This document shows, in pieces, positions 47,141 through 56,758 of a stretch of 56,758 bases of DNA. The notes beneath the pieces were generated by a model, which was given only the letters and a program-made list of their open reading frames with translations, had not been told where the DNA came from and searched no databases. Numbering within the stretch: position 1 is the first letter of the stretch; every line of letters starts with the position of its first letter. A program made the position numbers and the translations under genes. The DNA is from Prorocentrum cordatum (lineage: Eukaryota), in assembly GCA_963575745.1 (NCBI GenBank), contig CAUYUJ010000067.1, forward strand, positions 62,001 to 118,758. Reading direction: 5' to 3'.

Positions 47141-48124
47141 CTCATTGGCCCGAAAGATACCCGTACCCGGGGCCAGCCAAGGTGAGATGGGCCGTCCGGG
47201 GGACTGGGCGCTTGCTATTGTGCCCGGTCAGCTTGCCCCGCGCGCGCCAGTACAGCATCCGCGCGTCAAGACGCAACGGTGCGCTCGATGGTTGGGTGTT
47301 TGATTGCAGCGAAAAGCGCTGGTTTTTGTTAGGGACGTCTCGGGGCATCGTGGTGCGTGCGCGGCTCAAAGCCGCCCATATGTGGTGGCGCCTGTCCCAA
47401 TCGATAAAGAGTTGACTTTCCTCGCTATCTTGGCAATGCGTCTGGGCCTGCCCTGAGGAACGACGTTGCAATGTCGCGCCCCCAGGGGGCCGCAGCGGCC
47501 ACGTCGGGGACGGCTCTGGAGGGCATGATATGTGCTCGAGAGCGTTTTGGGCCTGCCGCCACCTCGGCTAGGTACGGGGGCCTGCCTGAAACCACCGAAA
47601 CATACCCAGACCTAGCTGGGGTGGAGCTGCGGCACCCCGGTTAGTTACGGGTATGTTTTTTTGTTTTCGTGGGGCAACCGTACCTAGCTGGGGTGATCCG
47701 CAGACGGCCGTCCAAGGGGGGCGGCCTTTGGCGACCTCGCCCAGGGCACAGATTCTCGCGATGTCTCTGCATCGAGCAGTTCGCGATAGGGCGGTTGTCG
47801 CGCAATGACGTTCGCGCCAGAGTTGTTCGCATGCGCCCCCGAGTGCGCGTTTACTCCTCAACGCCCGGATGTGTGTCTGGGGGCGCGCCTCTGCAGTAGG
47901 TGGTCTACATCGACAACAACCAACGCAGGGTCGGGCAGTCCGCCGATTCGAACGCACGTGCGATCGGTGCTAACGTGCGCCCCGAGAAGACAGTTGTCTG
48001 TAATGCCTGATCGGCTGTCGTTTCTACACTTGTGCAGCCGCCGTCAGCTGCGACGAACCGCCCCCCCCCCCGGCCCCTTGCCACCCTGTCTAGGTAAGGG
48101 CGCGAGTATCTTTCGCGCTCGAGA

Positions 48125-49690
48125 ACCACGCAACACACCACACGCCACACACAACACATAACACATAACACACACCGCACGACGCACAACGCTCAACACA
48201 CAACGCACAATACACAACGCACAACACACAGCACACAACACACATCACACACCACACAACACACAACACACAACACACCACACACCACACAACACACACC
48301 ACTCAACACACACCACACACCTCACGACACACAACACACAACACACAACGCACAACATACATCACCCGCACGCGCGCGCACACACACAGACACCCACACA
48401 CACGCACACGCACACGCACACGCACACGCACACACGCACACGCACACGCACGCGCACACGCTCACACGCACACGCGCACACGCGCACACACACACACGCA
48501 CACGCACCCGCACGCGCACGCGCACGCGCACGCGCGCGCGCACGCGCACGCACGCGCACACGCACGCCCACGCGCACACGCACACGCACACGCACACGCA
48601 CCCGCACCCGCAGACACACCCGCACCTGCACACGCACTCGCACACGCACATGCACCCGTGCACGCAGTCGCACCTGTACCCACACACGCACACGCGCACG
48701 CACACGCACGCGCACCCGCACGCGCACGCGCACGCGCACCCGCACCCGCACCCGCACACGCACACGCACACGCACACGCACACGCACACGCGCACGCACA
48801 CGCACACGTACGCGCACGCGCACACGCACACGCATACGCATACGCATACGCATACCCATACGCCCGCACCCGCACCCGCCTACGCACGCGCACACGCACC
48901 CACATACACGCACACCCGTACCCACAGCAACACACGCGCACCCACACATACACACGCGCACACGCACACGCACACGCACACACGCACACGCACACACACG
49001 TGCACACGCACACGCACACGCACACGCACACGCACACGCACACGCACGCGCGCACGCGCACGCACACGCACACGCACACGCACACGCACGCGCAGACGCA
49101 CACGCACATGCACACGCACACGCACACGCACGCGCACGCGCACACGCACACGCACACGCACACGCACACGCACCCGCACCCGCGCCCGCACCCGCGACCG
49201 CACGCGCACGCGCACGCACACGCACACGCACACGCACGCGCACACGCACGCGCGCACACCCACGCGCACACGCACACCCTCGCGCACGCACACGCACACG
49301 CACACGCACGCGCACACGCACGCGCGCACACCCACGCGCACACGCACGCGCACGCGCACACGCACGCGCACACGCACCCGTACACGCACACGTGCACGTG
49401 CACGCACACGCACACGCACACGCACGCGCACACGCTCACGCACCCACACGCACACGCATCCGCACACGCACGCGCGCACGCACACGCACGCGTACACGCA
49501 CACGCACACGCACACACTCACACACGCACACGCACATACGCACACGCACACACGCACACACGCACACACGCACACACGCGCACCCTCACACGCGCACACA
49601 CGCACGCGCAGGCGCACACGCACACGCACGTAGGCACATACATACACACGCTTGCAGACACGCAAGTACGCACACACACACACACGCACA
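48125..49690. repeat. Compound (CACAA)n/(CACACG)n microsatellite field
   Basis: Direct reading. Confidence 0.97.
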
Positions 49691-49699
49691 CTTGATGAT

Positions 49700-51750
49700 A
49701 AAGTTTGATGGATACCTGGCTCTCTTGAGCCCCGCATAACTCCGACATCAAAACCAGGCTGCCCAACAGTAGCAAGATAACCAATCATGCGTTGAGTAGA
49801 CAAGATCGCGACGGTCAGGCGGAAGCCTCAACCAGTCCAACAGTTTTAGGTCCACCACGCGCGAAGCACAGAAGGGTAATCTATTCATCCACTGCAACTC
49901 CAAAAACCAATCAAGATGCGCCCCTTCTGGTCGGGCGCGCGCACTGGCGTAGACTTCTGGAGCTAGCTCGCGCCACATGTGCGCTGGAGGAGGAGAGTGG
50001 GAAGGAGGACAGAACGGAGCTCCCACGGTCGCCCCCACAGTCAAGGCGCCGCCGAACACTTGAAATTCTCAAGCGAATTCTGGCTGGGTCTCGCATAATT
50101 TCGCCGACTTGCTGCAGAGCGAGAGAACGGTTTATAATGGCCGCGCGTTGCAGGGCAATTCCAGCGCACGCGCGCGCACGCGCGCAACCACCCAGCAGCG
50201 TGGGTAAAGAAGACAGGCGGAAGCCTTCATTCGCCCCTGTCCGACCCTCGAGGACCGCGTGTATCCATGTGGGCACGAGCTTACAGGCATCGAACAACTG
50301 AAGAGGTGGCCGGCGCAAGTCCACGAAGCAGTCTGATATGCGTCGGCCAAAAGGCTGGAACGTATGCAACCGGGGCGGCAAAGGTGGCGACCCTCCTTCG
50401 AGGCCCTCAGTAGCGTCCTCACAGAGGGTCCAAGAAGGTGGGCCTTGACGATCGGCATCGTCAACGTCGCCGTCTGGCGGCGAGGGCGCGAGGTGAGTGG
50501 CCGAGTAAATCGCGATGGCCCTGGAACAAACGCACGCGAAGCATTTCAAATGAGAATTCGACCCAGCCAGACCGGAATCTGTTCGGCTACGCGGCCCACT
50601 GCCTGCTCAAGGTTATCCACGATCGCGAGGAAACGAACGCGAAGCCCGCGCGACAAGAGCCCTGACTGCCAGATCGCGACGCCGAGCCTCCCAAACAGCT
50701 TCATGCGGCTCACATTATAACCGTGATTGAATGCAGACCGCCCCTCGCCGTCCCCAGAGACGCGGCGCGAACTCTGTTGCATGGCCAGCATTCGCATACT
50801 GCTGCTGACGACGATTTGTAGACTGCGATGGAGCAAGATGTTCGTAGTGTTATCTGCGCCGACGGAGGTGCGGTGCATGTTCATGATTGCCGTCGCAGGA
50901 AGGAACTCAGGCAGCAGGCGGAGACGGCTGGACGGCCGTCTCTATGCTGTCTCCCCGTCGGCGGAGTGGTGGCGGAAGAAGTGCCCCCAAGCCGCGTTCT
51001 TGTCCAGGTTCGACAGCTGCTTCTCTGAAGCTATTTCCGGTCGAGGCTGAGCTTCGTCATCGAGGGCCGCCACGCTGTGAACGGCATGCCGTCTTTCGGG
51101 GAGTCGTCATCCATCTGGCGCAAGTGCTGGTTGTTCTGTGCGCCGAGCGCCGCCGCCGCGGCGGCGCGCGCGGTCCCCGGCGCCTGCTTCTCGAGGAAGG
51201 GTTTGGTCTCGTTGGCGTCGGCGGGCGTCGCCCGGCGCTGGTGGCCCACTACCGTGGCCAGGACTGTGGATTCGCGCGAACTTGTCCATCGGCCGGCCCA
51301 TCATGCGCCTGGCGTCGACGCGCGCGCACTGGCTGTCCATGCTCGACTGCTCGACGTCGGCGACGTCCTTGCCCGGCGCGTCCGCGCGGCGGGGGGGGGC
51401 CTCCAGGTCCGCGCGGAGGCGCTTGACCTCGGAGTCTGGGCTTGCCGCGGAGGCCGAAGACCCAGGCGAAGTGATGTCCACGGGGCGCCTCGCCGTGCCC
51501 GCCAGCCGCGAGTCGCGCGGCGCCGCCTCCGCTGCCGGTCGAACCGCAGCCGCCGGCGCTTGGGCCAGTTCGCGGGCTGGCGCGAGATCGGCCGCCTCGT
51601 GGCCGCGACCGTGAACGCCCCGCCGAAAGCGTGGACGTCGTACATGGCTGTCTGGAAGTTGGCCATCATTTCATCGAAGCCTGAGCCGCCGCGAGGAGCT
51701 TTGCGGGAGTGCTGCCGCTGCTGCTGCTGGCGCTGCTGAACCCGCTGGCT
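49700..51750 (-). pseudogene. Decayed coding-like region, possibly ORF1 plus endonuclease remnant of a retrotransposon
   Basis: Protein-like minus-strand fragments in shifting frames (GFDEMMANFQTAMYDVHAF; SPDSEVKRLRADLE; LHTFQPF; AHLDWFL); no intact diagnostic motif. Confidence 0.3.
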
Positions 51751-51999
51751 CGGTCGCAGGCCCGCGGCGGTGCGTCCGCGGGAGCTGAGCGCGCGATGCA
51801 AGGTCCGCTTTAATGTCATCGGAAGAAACAACCACATGCTTCGAAGGTGAGGGCGCCAGCCGAAACGCTGGGAAATCTTCGCTCAGTGGACCAGGGGGAT
51901 TCACCTCTCCAGACAGCCGACGCATGCCTGGCAGGAAAACCCAAGCGGAAGAGCGTCAGCACATCGACCGTGATCAACACAGTCATATTGACGGGATGG

Positions 52000-54650
52000 G
52001 GTACAATCCAATGCAGCGATTGGAGACGGCCCTTCGCCCCTCCCCCATTCATCTCTCGGAGTCAGTCTGCTGGTCCACGAGAGTAGGGCCGCCAGCGAAG
52101 GCGCTCTTCTGGTTCTCGCGGCGCATCTCAGCGCGTGGCCCAGCGAAGCTCTCTTGCAGGAACAGGTCGGGGCATCGTAGGGCATGCCGAGACCAATCAT
52201 TTCAAACTTGTCAGCATGCTTAATCGCAGTGGCATCGCGGCACGCACCATGTAACAGTTTGACAAGGCATGCACTGCAAGCCCGATATCTCAGCGCGCAC
52301 ACGTCGCCCACGCATGGCGAGGTACATCTGTTATCCGAAAACGCCGCCGCCGTATGTCACCGAGCCCGTGCCCGCCCAGAGAGGACTTCATGTAGCAAGC
52401 GCCGGGATAGCCCCCCCCCCCCCCCCCGCGGGCATTCAACAAATCTGGCGCAACGCAACGTCACCTGCATTTACACAACTCTATAGCTCGAGAAGCCCGC
52501 CGACGATCTCCGCGAAGATGAGAACGTGAACGAAGCCACCCGCGAACGCCGAGGCGCTGGGGAAGCGCGAGGCGGATGTTGTCTCTGTCTGAAGGGCGTG
52601 GCTAGCACGATCCAGCAAATCCTGGATTGATATCAGCGCGACCTGCTCGCCCAACACCTCGCGCTTGACGCGCGCCAGCCACGGCGAACCCAGGGCGGGG
52701 CATGGGGGCGGCCGCGACGGATGCAGCAAGGGTCCATGGGGCCTTCTCTCCATGGGGCTTCGGAGTCGTTGAGCATATCGGTGGGGCACGCGCGCGGTAG
52801 GCTCGGATGCGAGATCATCCCGGGACGCCCTCGCGACGTTTCTGAAATGGTCCAGTCGCGACATAAACAACACCGGGACAAAGCGTCCAGGGCGCCGCCG
52901 ACAGGCGCCAACGTTCCGAAGCCGACGGCAAAAAATGCCCGCCCAACGAACCATCACCTGGCGTAGCCCCGAAAGTCTGCATATTCAACAACAACCTCGA
53001 AGCTCGACGGAAGTGATTCGCGCTCAGAGCACAGGCCCCTGAGGGCCATCCCTCTGGGCGGGCTCGGCGTCCTCGGGTGCAAAATCTGCGAGGTATTTCG
53101 CCGGCGCGGGGAATCTGCCGCCCTGGTCAAAAACGCGCGCCTGAAGGGCGCAGTTGCCGCCTAGGGCGGCGGCGCGCAGCTGGCGAGGGGCGCCGCGCGC
53201 CCAGCGGAAGGTCGATCGGCGGATGCGCCGCGCTTCTGGTGGAAGGTCCTCTCGGGGAGGGCGCCTTGCCGGATTGGGTCCGTCGGCCTATGCGCGGGTT
53301 GTCCACCCATGGCGGGCGAGGGTCTCCCTTGTCAAGCTTCCCGCGCTCGATGGGCACAGGGATAGCGAAAGCGCGCGGAAGGCCCTCGCGTTCCAATCAC
53401 CATTCACATTGGTGGCCCAATGTCACGCGGGCTCTAACAGCCTCTAGCCATCGCCGCGGCAAGCGCCCATTGAGGGGGGCCGGGCCGGGCCGAGACCGTC
53501 GCGGACGGCATCGAAAGCCCGCTGGCCCAGGGAAGCGGACCCATCCGATTTAGATTCGCCCGCTCATGTGGAAGTATCCATTCATCGTCGCTGAATGGAC
53601 ACCGTCGCCTGCATTTTCGCAAACACGTTCGTGCTGATAGCTTTCGCCCGAGCCAGCCTAACGCGCGGCGTCTCACTGATGCCCTGCCGAAGCCAATCGC
53701 GGATCACCAGTGTTTCATATCCATCATCAATTAGAGCGCGTCCAGGAAGGGGAGGGCTAAGCCTATCATGCCGCACATGCCAGCCGAAGCCCCGCGAACA
53801 GTCGACCGAGTAGCATGGCGCGGCAGAGCTGCGGCCGAGAACTGGCAGGTGCGCGCGCTGTCCATGCCAAGCCGTCGACGAACAAGCGCCCTTGCCAGAC
53901 GACCTCACGCGGCCTCCAGGCAGTCCATCTCGTCGGAATCGAACCGTTCGAGTGGGAACTCCTTTCGAATGTTTCGTAGCCCTCTCACGATATTATGCGT
54001 CTCCTCATAAACTCATCGAAGACGCCAAGATCGCGTTCTCGCGAGATCTGGGCCCACTCGAAACGTCGGGCTCTAGTCGACTTCTCGCGGAGAGAACGCA
54101 ACTGGCGGGCGCGGGGGCGCGTCTCCAACTTTCATCGAGAGCGCTCATGTCGGTTAGGCCTGCGATCGCTGTCAATCCGACGAGCCCGCCGCCCACTCCT
54201 TGATCGCGGCCCCCCGCCCTGCCCCCGAATGCCCGCCCGCGACGGGGATAGAGAAGGGATGTTGGCGGGAGGACGTGATATGACGATGTAAGGGGAATTC
54301 GACGCAGTAGCTTCCATGCTTGCCCCCATTGCGACGAAGCGGACGGGGGGGGGGGCTGCGTTTGGCTGTTCGCTGGCGCTGGTATCTAGCATTGCCAGGC
54401 ACAGGGCCTCGCGGGGCCAGCGGCGTCGGGCATGCCCCCTGCATCTACACGCGGCCCGTTCCATCGCGCAAGTCTTGCGCAGGATATGTTCTCGCTCAAT
54501 GCGGCGCCCCACAAGGTCCCAACTGCTACACGGCCGCGCTGTCGTTCGCGCGGCACGGGGCAAGCGCGCGACGGGCTTGGAGGGGGGGGCCCAGGCGCGC
54601 AGTGCCACGCGATGAAACGAAGAGGCAGGCCCGCGCCGTTTCAGAGCGCA
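52000..54650 (-). pseudogene. Heavily decayed non-LTR RT remnant
   Basis: Correctly ordered relics: KAISTNVFAK (~53612-53645; like RPISL..K), RAFDAV (~53504-53521), a degenerate G-V-P-G (~52820) and VNAGDVAL (~52452-52475; like YADDV.L). Numerous stops. Confidence 0.55.
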
Positions 54651-55511
54651 AACCAGATCTCCCGGGAGCCAGCGCTGCGCAGGTTCCCGCGCCCGCCGCC
54701 CACCTGCGAGTTGCATGCGCAGGTGGAGCGCGCTCAGGGGGGGGGGGGGGCCGCGGCCGCCAGCTGCGCCCGGTGGATGCGGGCGTCCTCCGTCGCACTC
54801 GAGCCGAAGTCCAGGCGGGGAATCTCCCGTTCCCGAACCTCCAGGGCCAGGATCATACCCTACGAAGGCATAGCCAGGGCGACCTGGGCGAGAGCCCCCT
54901 TCGGAGATGTTCAGCGCGGGGCGCCCGGGGGCGGGTGCCCAGGGCGCGGGGGGTGGGCGGGTTAGGGGGGGGCCCGGGGCCGCGTCGCTCAGGGGGCGCG
55001 TCCAAGAGCTCAACTCCCCAGCGTGAGACCGCAGCCTGTCCTTAAGTGGCGTGGTTGAAGGGTCAGTGAGGGGCTGGCGCTGGCGAAGAAACCTCGCGCC
55101 GACGCCGCCCCCCGGGGGCTGGGGCGACCTCCCAGCCTGGAGCGCGGAGCTTGCGAGAGGGCGAATCTCGGGGAACAGGCCGGCGAGGGGAAGCTCGCGG
55201 CGCTTGCGGCGCGCCGCAGAGCCCGGGCAGTGGCCCCGCTCCAGCGCTGACGCACACGAAGGAACGATGCATGGATATCTGCGCTTCTCAGCCCCCCCCC
55301 CCCCCCCGACAGCGAGCTCTGAATGCCCGGGGCGCCCGATGGAATCAAGATCACCATAGGCGCCGCATGCGCGCGAGGTCGCGACCGAGCGGCGGAAGCC
55401 TTGACCAGTCCAGCAAACCTGGGGCCAACAAGCGCGCGGCGCAGACGGACGATATGTTCCAGCAGCGGCGACTTCAGAGACCCATCAAGGCACGCGCCCG
55501 CTGGTCGGGCT

Positions 55512-55980
55512 TGACGCACGCGCACGCACACGCATACGCGCGCGCACGCGCACACGCACAGCCATACGCACACGCACATGCACCCGCACACGATCACGCA
55601 CAAGCGCACGTACACGCACACGCACAGGCACACGCACACGCAAAGGCACGCATACGCATACGCATACGCATACGCATACGCATACGCATACGCATACGCA
55701 TACGCATACGCATACGCATACGCATACGCACGCTCACACGCACACGCACACGCACGCGCACCCAAACACACACGCGCACGCACACGAACACGCACATGCA
55801 TACGCACATGCACACGCACATGCACAGGCACACGCGCACGCACACGCACACGCATGCACTGTCTGACTCACTCGCACTTAGACTCACTCGAACTCAGACT
55901 TATGTCTCCGCAGACCTACTCGTACTCAGACTTGCTCATACCAAGACTACCTCGCTCACGCTCAAACTCAAACTCAATCA
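55512..55980. repeat. (CACGCA)n/(TACGCA)n microsatellite followed by an ACTCAG-rich tract
   Basis: Direct reading. Confidence 0.95.
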
Positions 55981-56106
55981 TACCCGGCCTCATCGCTCGA
56001 GTCCAAATGCACTCACAGGCGTCTCTCTTGTAGTAGTCAAATGCTCCTTCGTTCTTTCACCTGTGTGTCCCTCATTTCCCCTGAAAAAACACCCAGAGGA
56101 GGAGGA

Positions 56107-56137
<31 letters not shown>

Positions 56138-56634
56138 GTCGTCGTTGTCGCGCCCGTCGTCGGCGCCGACTCGCTCTCACACCCAAGTGCCCACATACAG
56201 AATTCCTCCGTGAGACGTGCCACGATCATAAGCTGCACATATGAGGACGTCAGCGCCGGGTAATTCGTGTGCGCGCCCCCCTTGGCCCATCCAGAGGATG
56301 GTGGCGATGGGGGGGCGCCAGCTGAACGACGCAAGACTGCGGGGTCGTCTATGCCGACATTGGCGCGCAAGCTGCCCGCGTAGGGTCGCGCGTGAGCGCC
56401 CTCGTCCCCGCTCTGGTATTCCGCGCTGGGGGCCTGCGTAAGTCGCCGCGTGAGGTCGCTATGCGATTTTGCGTAAGACCCGCTACTGTTCGTCGCTCAG
56501 TTGGCGCAGGGCGGGGGCGGCGCCCTGGAACCAACAGGCCCCGAGAGAGACGGCTCCCGTGTGCGCCTCGCCGTCCTGCCCTGGGCGCGCGTTCCGCCCC
56601 GCCCCTCTGCCTTCCTCGGCGTCCAATTCCGCGT

Positions 56635-56749
56635 CCTCTCCCCTCCCTCCCTCCTGCCTCCTCCTCCTCTTTCCTCGTCCCTCTTCCTCCTCCTCCTCCT
56701 CCTCCTCCTCCTCCTCCTCCTCCTCCTCCTCCTCCTCCTCCTCCTCCTC
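56635..56749. repeat. (CCT)n microsatellite
   Basis: Direct reading. Confidence 0.95.
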
Positions 56750-56758
56750 GAAGTCGGT

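Noticed and set aside
45578..49803. Long His/Thr/Arg/Val-Cys ORFs up to 589 aa
   Set aside because: Translations of CA-type microsatellites, open in nearly all frames.

Overview
Eukaryotic, GC-rich, extremely repeat-dense DNA, most consistent with a dinoflagellate nuclear genome (inferred from GC/GA 5' splice donors, a >10 kb intron and spliced-leader-like relics). Most ORFs in the supplied track are microsatellite or repeat artefacts. Supported content: (1) a split + strand gene for a small membrane protein (exons ~1996-2187, ~14237-14370, 14575-14835) whose last intron is a 199-bp TIR element with a 5-bp TSD, i.e. an Introner. (2) Three copies of a Helentron/DINE-1-like rolling-circle element (4885-6784, 24192-30921, 36505-38225) with subterminal inverted repeats and internal ~90-bp tandem arrays. 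One copy keeps a PIF1 helicase C-terminal fragment, and a paralogous empty site is visible for another. (3) Two largely readable but disabled minus-strand non-LTR retrotransposons: APE-RT-C2H2 plus an extra downstream ORF followed by a tandem structured RNA motif (7300-12900), and ORF1 + APE-RT-RNase H (17690-21760). There are also heavily decayed RT relics near 300-1700 and 49700-55500. (4) Several MITE families, a ~175-bp satellite, a ~1.5-kb GAT-filled macro-repeat and many microsatellites. (5) Weak candidate exons of a second + strand gene at 36.2-41.4 kb. No rRNA, tRNA or CRISPR array was recognised. Protein family assignments are by motif recognition from memory, not database search.
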